Notes under the pieces: model-generated | The model's input: the letters and a program-made list of their open reading frames with translations, nothing else | Databases searched by the model: none | Told to the model about the DNA's origin: nothing | Translations under genes and position numbers: made by a program | In this document: positions 57,401 to 64,000 of the stretch, piece after piece | Position numbering within the stretch: position 1 is the first letter of the stretch | How the letters are laid out: every line of letters begins with the position of its first letter | NCBI GenBank assembly: GCA_003281085.1 | Contig: QCCZ01000003.1 | Span: 8,386 to 72,385, forward strand | Direction: 5' to 3' | Length of the DNA stretch: 64,000 nucleotides | Source of the DNA: OCS155 cluster bacterium AG-349-E07 | GTDB taxonomy: Bacteria; Actinomycetota; Acidimicrobiia; Actinomarinales; Actinomarinaceae

Positions 57401-60400
57401 GATTTCAAGAAACCTACTCATCAGACTCCGGCCAAGTTTATTGGGCTCACTGGAGATATCAAGTTTCCTATGTTGAAAATGTAAGCTGGCAGGCTCAAGC
57501 ATTTCCTTACGTCTATGTAAGTAGAGCAAGAAATGCGGGTGATATCTCAAGTGGTTCGTATCAAATTGATTGCAATAGATATGAGACTAGCCCAACCACA
57601 TCGAATTTTTACCAATATCAATTTGAAGACAATACACACCCAAATGCCTGTATAAATGATTCAGCTTGGGTGACAAATGAGTTTTACGATACTGCTTACA
57701 ACAACAACGCAGATTACAACAAGATGTGGTGGATTTTTGAGTACTCAATCGATGATGGAAGTAACTGGTCAAATGCAAATATTTTTTACAGAAGACATGC
57801 GAATTCTAACACTTTAGATTCTGGCAATAACTTTAGATCTCCATCTTCACAACCCACAAATAATGGATGGACAGCAACTACAACTACAGGAACTCTTATT
57901 AATACTACTAACTATAGTTATAGATATTTTACTATCGGAACAAGAGTTGCCGATGGCTCCATTGTTAAATTGAGATATAAAAAGGCATTTACTCAAGCAG
58001 AATTGGCGAATGTAAATTACATAGAACTTGGCTCACAAAATAAATCACAGGCAGACAGAACTGCAGAATGTGATGTCGATTTAACAGATTTTATTGAGGG
58101 TAGTGGAGGTACTGATGTGACCGTAAATGGTACCGTCGTTTCCAATTTACTAACACAAGGTACCTGTCAAAACAATTCTAGTACTGGATATGCTGACACA
58201 CTATTTTCAATCAAATCAGATTCTGGATCAGCTATATATTACATGAAGTTAGAGAAAAAAGTTGATGGAGCTAATGACTGGACAACGGTTTACTCAAATT
58301 ATCAATTAAATGCTAACTCATTACTTCAAGAATCTGTACAGCTTAATCATGGACAAACCATTCAATACAAACTACATCTCTCACCAGATACTGGAGACTT
58401 TTCGAATGCGACTGCATATACCACACCAGTTCTGACAGTTAACTGTCCAAGTACTGGTGCACAGTTAGTTTTTGCATTAGGAGACTGTGTATCTGGTGGG
58501 AATAAACCTACAGTAACAATAACGAATACTGGCTACCTGACAGCCCATTACGATGTCGATTACTCCATTGATCAAGGCAGCAACTGGCTTGATGCATTTG
58601 GTGCAGATGTATATCAAACTGTTCTACCAGGTGAAACAAGTACATTTACCTTTACGCCAACTATCACACAGGGTCAGACTGTGACTTTAAAATACAGGCA
58701 TGCTCCAACATCACCAGTTAGTTCAGGTGCATTCACAACAGTGAATAACACAATCCTTGTTGATTGTGATGTTAATGCAACTATAGGCGATGTGTTACAA
58801 GTATCTACAGCAGCAACATGTTATGGAGGAAATCAGCGATTTAAGGTCAAAGTAGATAATGATGAAACTACTTCAATACAGCTTCAGTATAGAGCTTCAG
58901 AAGATGGAGGTACCTCTTGGCCACATACAGGAAGTGTTACTGTAAACGCATCTTATGACAACTATGTAACAATACCTGTCGATTTTCAACACGGTGAAAG
59001 CATAACATTTGAGCTCAGAACAGAACTTACACCAACATCTTCATACACCACATATACTACAAAAGGTCCTTTTACAGTTGATTGTTCTGTTGACAATTAC
59101 CTAGCATTTACAGCAACGTATGACGGATGTTCCTCAATGGGACCTGATATATTGGAATTTAGAGTAGCTAAATCATCTGGAAATATTCCAGGTGCAAATT
59201 ATTACCAGTATTTACACTTTGATATTGAGATTTCTCACGATGGTAATACATGGAATCCATTCGGACCATGGATCAAAAATCATCTCAATAATAATAACTA
59301 CATGTCTAATAGTTATTACAACGCAAGTTATCCAAGTCACTCAGGGTTTATTGATGTGGGTACTTATTCTGGTAGCAATGCCTATTGGAGTGCATATCAT
59401 TTCACAGACTCTACTCACGATTACAAAATACGTTATCGATACTACAACTCTACAAGTTCAGGTCATGACCATGCTTCTTTAGCAAATCTTCCGTGGACTG
59501 TAATGGATGTAGATAAAGATTTAGGTTGTGAATCAAATGATATTGAACCAGTCACTTTAGTTTCTACACAACAACAATGTCAGGAAAATAGAGGAAAAGT
59601 TGAGTTTACATTTACTGATACTACCGTTTCACATAATACCCCTTACGAAGAGGCAACATTAATTTATAGATACTCAACAAATGGAGGAACGACGTACTCG
59701 GCTCATCAGAAAGCATATCTGAATAACACGACTTCGTTTTTGCTTCCCGATAATACAACATTACCAAACACCACAGTAATTACTGTTCAGTGGGGATACA
59801 TTAGAGATTTTAACAAATTAAGTTCTTATTTTGACCATATTGGCACAACGGACAAAAACGGTCTTTATACGAGAATGCCAACTAGTTCTCAAAATAATAA
59901 TGACACCACTTTGTCAACAAACTTCAGAACAGTAGTATATGAAAATACTACTAATATCTCTGTAGACTGTGATCCTGATTCTACATATTCGCAGACTGTA
60001 ACTGAGTGTGTGTGTAGTGATGGTGGTGCTAATTCAACATTAACTATTAATAATAACGAAAACTATACAACCTATTACAAGGTTATGTATTCATTGGATG
60101 GTGGCTTAACATGGCAGTACTCTAATCCGAATATTGAGTCGGCTTACGACATATCGGTTGCGGCGGGGGCCCAAGACTCATCGCAGACAGTATTTGTACC
60201 TGATGGACAAACAATTACGTGGAGAATAAAAGACACTACTAATGGTGGTGACTTTGTTGGTCAAGACTGGGAATCTGTAGATGCAAGCGAGACTGTTGAC
60301 TGTGGTTGTTCTGGTGGTGTTGTAGATCTTACTCTTGGTTCTTGTGGAAATGGTGCTGCTACACCAACAGTAACTTTGGATGTGAATTCCACAGATACAA

Positions 60401-63400
60401 CATATTTCAAGATTGAGTACAAGAGAAGTACTGACAGTGATTGGGTAGTGTACAGAGCACAGGAAACTGTTACGGGTGGTAATGATGCTCAGTTACAGTT
60501 AAATGTTACTGTTCCTCACTCTGCGTCTATTCAAGTTAGATATAGAATCAGCAAAAGCACTTCTACATTAGCAACTGCAGATTTAAAGTATACCGATACA
60601 TTGATGGTTGACTGTCCATTTAACACAGTTTCGTTTACTCCAAATGCACCAGTTTGTACCACAAACAACGTGCAACAACCAAACCTTACTGTGGTTAATA
60701 CAACATCATCGACATCGGCAGCTTATGTAAGAGTTCAATATAAAATTATCACCACTGCAACAGAAGGAGAATTATCATCTGGTACATGGGTAAATACCTC
60801 TCTATTCGATGATCTCCTTCCAGCAAATGGAGCACCATATATTACTGCAGACTCGATAAATGTCGCTGAAGGCCAAAAAATAGTCTGGAGATATGAATGG
60901 TCATATACCTCAACTTTTACAGGTAATTGGACGTATGACAACACTGCTTCATTTGTCAATTGTGTGACCAATTTTACGGTTACTCAATCACTTGGTGTTT
61001 GTACTAATGGTGTCAAAGCGTCAACACTTACAATAACTAATAACGAAACATACGGAACTTTATATTTCAAGGTCGAAAGGTCCTTTAACGGTACTAACTG
61101 GGAAGTTGTTGATTCAACTATTGAGATTAATCACTCGAGTAATCTAAATATCACACCAATAGATGTTCAACATACACAAAGAATATATTGGAGAGTAACT
61201 GCATCAACAGTTCAAAATAATTTTGGAGCTGCATATTCAACAACTGCAGATGTAGTGCAGTCTGATATAGTTGATTGTCCAGTTGTTGGAGGAACAGTTG
61301 AATTCACATTAGGTAACTGTGTCGCTGGAGCACAACAAGCCACACTTACACTAAAAAACCCAGTTTCATCAAATGACAATACATGGTTTCATATTCGATA
61401 CTCAGTAGATGGTGGCAACAACTACCAAACCATAGTTGAGGATGTACAGCCTGGTCAGCAAGAGACAAGAAACGTCTCTGTACCATCTGGTCAGAGACTT
61501 AAAGTAGAATATTATCCACATACTCAAGTAGCAAGTCCTTCAGGGGTATCTTATATTGAACTTACTGATAGTGCTGTTTCTGATTGTACTTTTGACACTA
61601 TTCAATCATTATCAATGGGCGAATGTGATACAAACGGTCAGGCTACAGCTACTTATGTAATCCAAAACAATACAGGTACAGATCTACGTTACAAGATTCA
61701 ATACAAAATTCAAGGTGAGAGTGGATTTACAACCCACACAGCTGATCTTCTTGTAAGTGCTAATTCCTCGGCAAGTCCATTTACACAATCTGTTCCTTCA
61801 GGAAAATATATTGAGTGGAGATATGCTGTATCAGATGATCAAAATACACTGGCAACAGCCCCAGCCCAAGCAGCTTTACAATCAACTGCAGTAAATTGTG
61901 ACATTATTGATCCAAGTTTCTTAATATCACAAGGGTCATGTAGAGACGGAACCAAAGAAGGTTACTTCTTTGCAAAGAATGGCGCTTCTGCAACATCGGA
62001 TGTATATTTTCAAGTTGAATCAAAAGTTAACGGAGGTGCGTGGACATCTGAAAACACAGTAATTGTTGCGCCTAATTCTCAAGTGCAAATTCAAAAACCA
62101 AATCTTACAAACACTGATACGATTCAGTGGAGATATAAGACTTCCAAGGACAACGTTACCTTCTCAACAAACTATCAAGAAACAACTGTAATGACAATTT
62201 CATGTACATCACAAAATGAAGTTGATGGTTCAATTGGAAACACATGTGCATCTAATGGTTCTAAAACCGCAACAGTCACATCAGTAAATAACAGTTCTTC
62301 AGACGTATATTATTTGATCGAGTATGCACTCGAACAAAATCCTTCAAACTGGTTATCAGTTACAGACAGTTTTGGATTACCAACTCAGGGAAGTAAAGAT
62401 GATCTTGTCAACCTACCAGAGGGTAGTTACTTTACCTTAAGGTATAAGACTTCTACTAGTAATAGCTTTACAGGTGTTGAGTATAAAACTTTAGAAACTT
62501 TGGGACCAGTTAATTGTTCAGGTGATATTGAAGTAAGAGTTGCATTAGACGCGTGTGTTGATGGTACGAGAAATTCAGTATTTTATTACCGCAATAGAGC
62601 AAGCACAGGGGCACCAGCATTTTTTGAAATTGAATATCAAATCGATGGTGGAACATGGACTAATCCAAAAGGCGCACAGACAAATAATTACTATACAGCT
62701 ATACAGAATGGTGTAGAAGAATCTGTTTCAGTTTCGGTACCTTCAGATTCTACAATTTCGTGGAGATATAAAGATACACTATCTGTGAATGCTTTATCAA
62801 CAAAATCATTCGAATTGGCAACACCCACTCCTTTGTCGGTATTATGTGGGGGTCTTCTTGAACACACAGTTGCAATTGGATCTTGTGTCGACAGAAAAGC
62901 CTCATCAACACTTACTTTGAAAAATGTTGGCTCTGTTGATGTGTATGCGGATATTTGGATTAGTTATGATGGTGGAAATTCATGGAATAACCATGCAATA
63001 AGCCAGAAAGTTACAACGACTGCTGATAAGGTATTTACTCAAAACAACATTGCGAATGGATCAATTGTTAAGTGGAAGTACAAGTATGCCAGTACAGCTA
63101 CAGGTGTTTCAAGTGCTGATGAAGTAACAACGGAGGACAAAACCGCAATTAATTGTGATGAAATAGTTATTAGCCAATTAACTTATGAACATAGTTTCGC
63201 TAATTGTGTAGAGGGACAAAGGATTGGAACCTTTAAAATTAACAATCCTTCAACAACAAACAATATTGTTTATGTAGAAGTGCAATATAGAACAAAGTCA
63301 TCTCTAAATGGTACTTGGTCAGGCTATACGACAATGCCTATCGAGGCAATCAATGCTGGGTCCTTTAAAGAATTTAGCGCACCTGCTTTAAATGCTAATG

Positions 63401-64000
63401 GTTATATTAACTGGCAATTTAGATCTTCGTTAGCTAATAATGACTTCGCAGGAGCTTGGACAAATGCTTCATCATCCTACAAATCTGAGTGTTCAATAGA
63501 CTCAACATTTACGCATACTTTAGGTAATTGTGTAGATGGAGAGCAGTACTCTATTTTAACCATTAACAATACAGGATCTGTTACTCAGTACTATAACGTT
63601 CAAGTACAAATCAATAATGGAACAGCAGAGACAAAGTTTGCAAATGTCGCAATCTCGTCTGGATCAAGTGGTGAGTTTAAATGGCCAATCAGACAGGGAG
63701 AGTCAATCAGATGGCAATTTATTGCATCTATAGACACTGACTTTAGTGATGACAATTCAGTACCATCATTATCTAAGACAAACCAATGTACACCTGTCTT
63801 TACATTGCAAACTCAAACAGCCTGTCAAGATGCGTCTACAGTAAATAACAACCAAGAAACCAATACGAAGGTAACATTAACTTTGAATAACACTTCTTCA
63901 GTCGATGGAAGTGTGACTGTTCAATATAGATATTTACAAACTGATACATGGAAGACTTTAACGACCACTCCAATTAATGCTAATCAACAAAAGACCGTTG
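54412..64000 (+). CDS. Giant secreted repetitive surface protein, 3' end beyond the window (at least 3196 codons)
   Basis: The frame with positions = 1 mod 3 has no stop from 54367 to 64000. I translated it by hand across the region and spot-checked several lines. The signal peptide is ...KKITTTTLHVLLFVIMFISSWATPQEEAYA/NE. Only non-ATG starts (TTG 54379, 54382 or 54412; GTG 54388) keep the signal peptide. The other five frames contain only ORFs of 96 aa or less. Confidence 0.9.
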   Translation, partial: MCCLRVRSFFHAINYKKITTTTLHVLLFVIMFISSWATPQEEAYANEIWACNDSSERAYFYKLDWEFTDNFFTISQYVATSTSTVNLDETQVSLSGLTVGGTSITGVKGINGLAMSPTGKMYVTITSSANGTDLFQINTDGSLTHLKNMGSYGTIGQLDFYQLPGGGGHYGFSSGEYVSKDGIDRIYFSQGAFDTDSDGNGSDIARPNSNMIYNVSNGTTTTFPDPGFVSPINAADYAYVGDWDGYELVTYDAINNKIHRFDIDNPSSSSSVDPQTSAFSGASTVLSAFSYKTPEGEIRFIVDDTNGMRFEIVRNGTNNYSVTQKGSSFLTNNSDGASCGPNAFDPFSPTFKATLSACSNGFATPQLKITNNKSSTQYFDVDVSVDGGSFTSLVDGQSVAPGNDVTLSANPEYDGRTIQFRMRYNSSNPSNFATSYNVGSLLTVSGCGNYTLATGSVATANGTCLGDGTSKPTITLTATGNTTVFFDVEYKVGSSAWQALKDGEQVAVGSPETYEITSAVAHNSSVTFRYIVGASNPSGTDWTETSSVSVNCPVYSMTASLNSPSCTNNQPYKLYTLTIQNTGNQPAYAHIQGNINQQGQAGTLNWIDSSRYISGGSTTTVSFQMWHGVTPDIRWIYTTTSSGYNLLTSGVNGSYTSNSNYGSYVKSGDSYLTLTDSEVDCFYVGNGGSSNNSSSNYSNTSKTISQVCDAQGSAIARFTITQRDSANDSFNGFIDVDYSTNGSTWSTLADGVAFNDGVTLTYDSPSTLSSGSTAYFRFRIDDTDPDSTAAWGIYTQDINCQADFNISQAISSCTSSGQTSTLTITNNESQTIYYRAVPSKISAGPLTSTQSNYEDDDVQLFSIAANTTYTHTTTKTYTYGVASNMYWRVQGSFTQNPDWTNTTLHNRVHTGVVATDCNPSTTATYAMSTCTITGKTSTLTITNNESATIYVRVQPSEDKLTTTSYQDSSYYDTSPAPIVYAIPANTTVTYDASARPGFQETYSSDSGQVYWAHWRYQVSYVENVSWQAQAFPYVYVSRARNAGDISSGSYQIDCNRYETSPTTSNFYQYQFEDNTHPNACINDSAWVTNEFYDTAYNNNADYNKMWWIFEYSIDDGSNWSNANIFYRRHANSNTLDSGNNFRSPSSQPTNNGWTATTTTGTLINTTNYSYRYFTIGTRVADGSIVKLRYKKAFTQAELANVNYIELGSQNKSQADRTAECDVDLTDFIEGSGGTDVTVNGTVVSNLLTQGTCQNNSSTGYADTLFSIKSDSGSAIYYMKLEKKVDGANDWTTVYSNYQLNANSLLQESVQLNHGQTIQYKLHLSPDTGDFSNATAYTTPVLTVNCPSTGAQLVFALGDCVSGGNKPTVTITNTGYLTAHYDVDYSIDQGSNWLDAFGADVYQTVLPGETSTFTFTPTITQGQTVTLKYRHAPTSPVSSGAFTTVNNTILVDCDVNATIGDVLQVSTAATCYGGNQRFKVKVDNDETTSIQLQYRASEDGGTSWPHTGSVTVNASYDNYVTIPVDFQHGESITFELRTELTPTSSYTTYTTKGPFTVDCSVDNYLAFTATYDGCSSMGPDILEFRVAKSSGNIPGANYYQYLHFDIEISHDGNTWNPFGPWIKNHLNNNNYMSNSYYNASYPSHSGFIDVGTYSGSNAYWSAYHFTDSTHDYKIRYRYYNSTSSGHDHASLANLPWTVMDVDKDLGCESNDIEPVTLVSTQQQCQENRGKVEFTFTDTTVSHNTPYEEATLIYRYSTNGGTTYSAHQKAYLNNTTSFLLPDNTTLPNTTVITVQWGYIRDFNKLSSYFDHIGTTDKNGLYTRMPTSSQNNNDTTLSTNFRTVVYENTTNISVDCDPDSTYSQTVTECVCSDGGANSTLTINNNENYTTYYKVMYSLDGGLTWQYSNPNIESAYDISVAAGAQDSSQTVFVPDGQTITWRIKDTTNGGDFVGQDWESVDASETVDCGCSGGVVDLTLGSCGNGAATPTVTLDVNSTDTTYFKIEYKRSTDSDWVVYRAQETVTGGNDAQLQLNVTVPHSASIQVRYRISKSTSTLATADLKYTDTLMVDCPFNTVSFTPNAPVCTTNNVQQPNLTVVNTTSSTSAAYVRVQYKIITTATEGELSSGTWVNTSLFDDLLPANGAPYITADSINVAEGQKIVWRYEWSYTSTFTGNWTYDNTASFVNCVTNFTVTQSLGVCTNGVKASTLTITNNETYGTLYFKVERSFNGTNWEVVDSTIEINHSSNLNITPIDVQHTQRIYWRVTASTVQNNFGAAYSTTADVVQSDIVDCPVVGGTVEFTLGNCVAGAQQATLTLKNPVSSNDNTWFHIRYSVDGGNNYQTIVEDVQPGQQETRNVSVPSGQRLKVEYYPHTQVASPSGVSYIELTDSAVSDCTFDTIQSLSMGECDTNGQATATYVIQNNTGTDLRYKIQYKIQGESGFTTHTADLLVSANSSASPFTQSVPSGKYIEWRYAVSDDQNTLATAPAQAALQSTAVNCDIIDPSFLISQGSCRDGTKEGYFFAKNGASATSDVYFQVESKVNGGAWTSENTVIVAPNSQVQIQKPNLTNTDTIQWRYKTSKDNVTFSTNYQETTVMTISCTSQNEVDGSIGNTCASNGSKTATVTSVNNSSSDVYYLIEYALEQNPSNWLSVTDSFGLPTQGSKDDLVNLPEGSYFTLRYKTSTSNSFTGVEYKTLETLGPVNCSGDIEVRVALDACVDGTRNSVFYYRNRASTGAPAFFEIEYQIDGGTWTNPKGAQTNNYYTAIQNGVEESVSVSVPSDSTISWRYKDTLSVNALSTKSFELATPTPLSVLCGGLLEHTVAIGSCVDRKASSTLTLKNVGSVDVYADIWISYDGGNSWNNHAISQKVTTTADKVFTQNNIANGSIVKWKYKYASTATGVSSADEVTTEDKTAINCDEIVISQLTYEHSFANCVEGQRIGTFKINNPSTTNNIVYVEVQYRTKSSLNGTWSGYTTMPIEAINAGSFKEFSAPALNANGYINWQFRSSLANNDFAGAWTNASSSYKSECSIDSTFTHTLGNCVDGEQYSILTINNTGSVTQYYNVQVQINNGTAETKFANVAISSGSSGEFKWPIRQGESIRWQFIASIDTDFSDDNSVPSLSKTNQCTPVFTLQTQTACQDASTVNNNQETNTKVTLTLNNTSSVDGSVTVQYRYLQTDTWKTLTTTPINANQQKTV
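55426..64000 (+). repeat. Protein-level tandem array of at least 24 complete Cys-delimited modules (99-166 aa) plus a partial 25th
   Basis: The boundary Cys codons start at 55426, 55750, 56065, 56452, 56809, 57160, 57571, 58069, 58444, 58765, 59083, 59527, 59968, 60301, 60613, 60961, 61276, 61585, 61897, 62203, 62515, 62845, 63154, 63490 and 63787. All are in one frame. Confidence 0.85.

Noticed and set aside
54872-60971. Eight small ORFs (61-96 aa) on both strands in the track
   Set aside because: All lie inside, and out of frame with or antisense to, the uninterrupted giant ORF whose module periodicity stays in a single frame.
55426-64000. Possible CRISPR array or DNA-level tandem repeat, suggested by the regular periodicity
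   Set aside because: The periodicity is 300-500 nt and exists only at the protein level. I saw no short identical direct repeats with unique spacers.

Overview
This is an AT-rich (about one-third G+C by eye), very gene-dense bacterial chromosome segment. I found no rRNA, CRISPR array, transposase, integrase or prophage genes. The marker genes are a WhiB regulator, the F420 genes cofD and cofE, and DUF3107-like and DUF3152-like proteins. Three gene orders match those recalled from Mycobacterium and Streptomyces: manC...cofE-cofD...manB-PMI-ahcY, prfB-ftsE-ftsX-(hydrolase)-smpB...ssrA, and rsmI...tatD-ksgA-ispE-tRNA-Gln-glmU-prs. Together these point to a streamlined low-GC actinobacterium, possibly marine Actinomarinales-like; this is inference. 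Positions 1-54300 are mostly housekeeping genes packed with almost no spacers: cell wall, cell division, translation, central and amino-acid metabolism, GDP-mannose supply, and a three-component extracytoplasmic glycosylation module. Five features are hidden or split in the supplied ORF track. (1) A giant ORF starts near 54412 and is still open at 64000 (at least 3196 codons). It encodes a signal peptide, a roughly 290-aa non-repeat head, and at least 24 tandem Cys-delimited modules of about 100-165 aa that I cannot assign to a named family. (2) An AhpD/CMD-like redox gene (35492..36052, minus strand) is interrupted only by an in-frame TGA at the second Cys of its CxxC motif, followed by a GGUC-loop hairpin. 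It is a candidate selenoprotein. (3) prfB carries the classic +1 programmed frameshift site. (4) A tmRNA gene ends in a CCA that shares its last base with the start codon of the downstream gene. (5) A tRNA-Gln lies just upstream of glmU. Eight of the ten convergent gene pairs overlap at their 3' ends.
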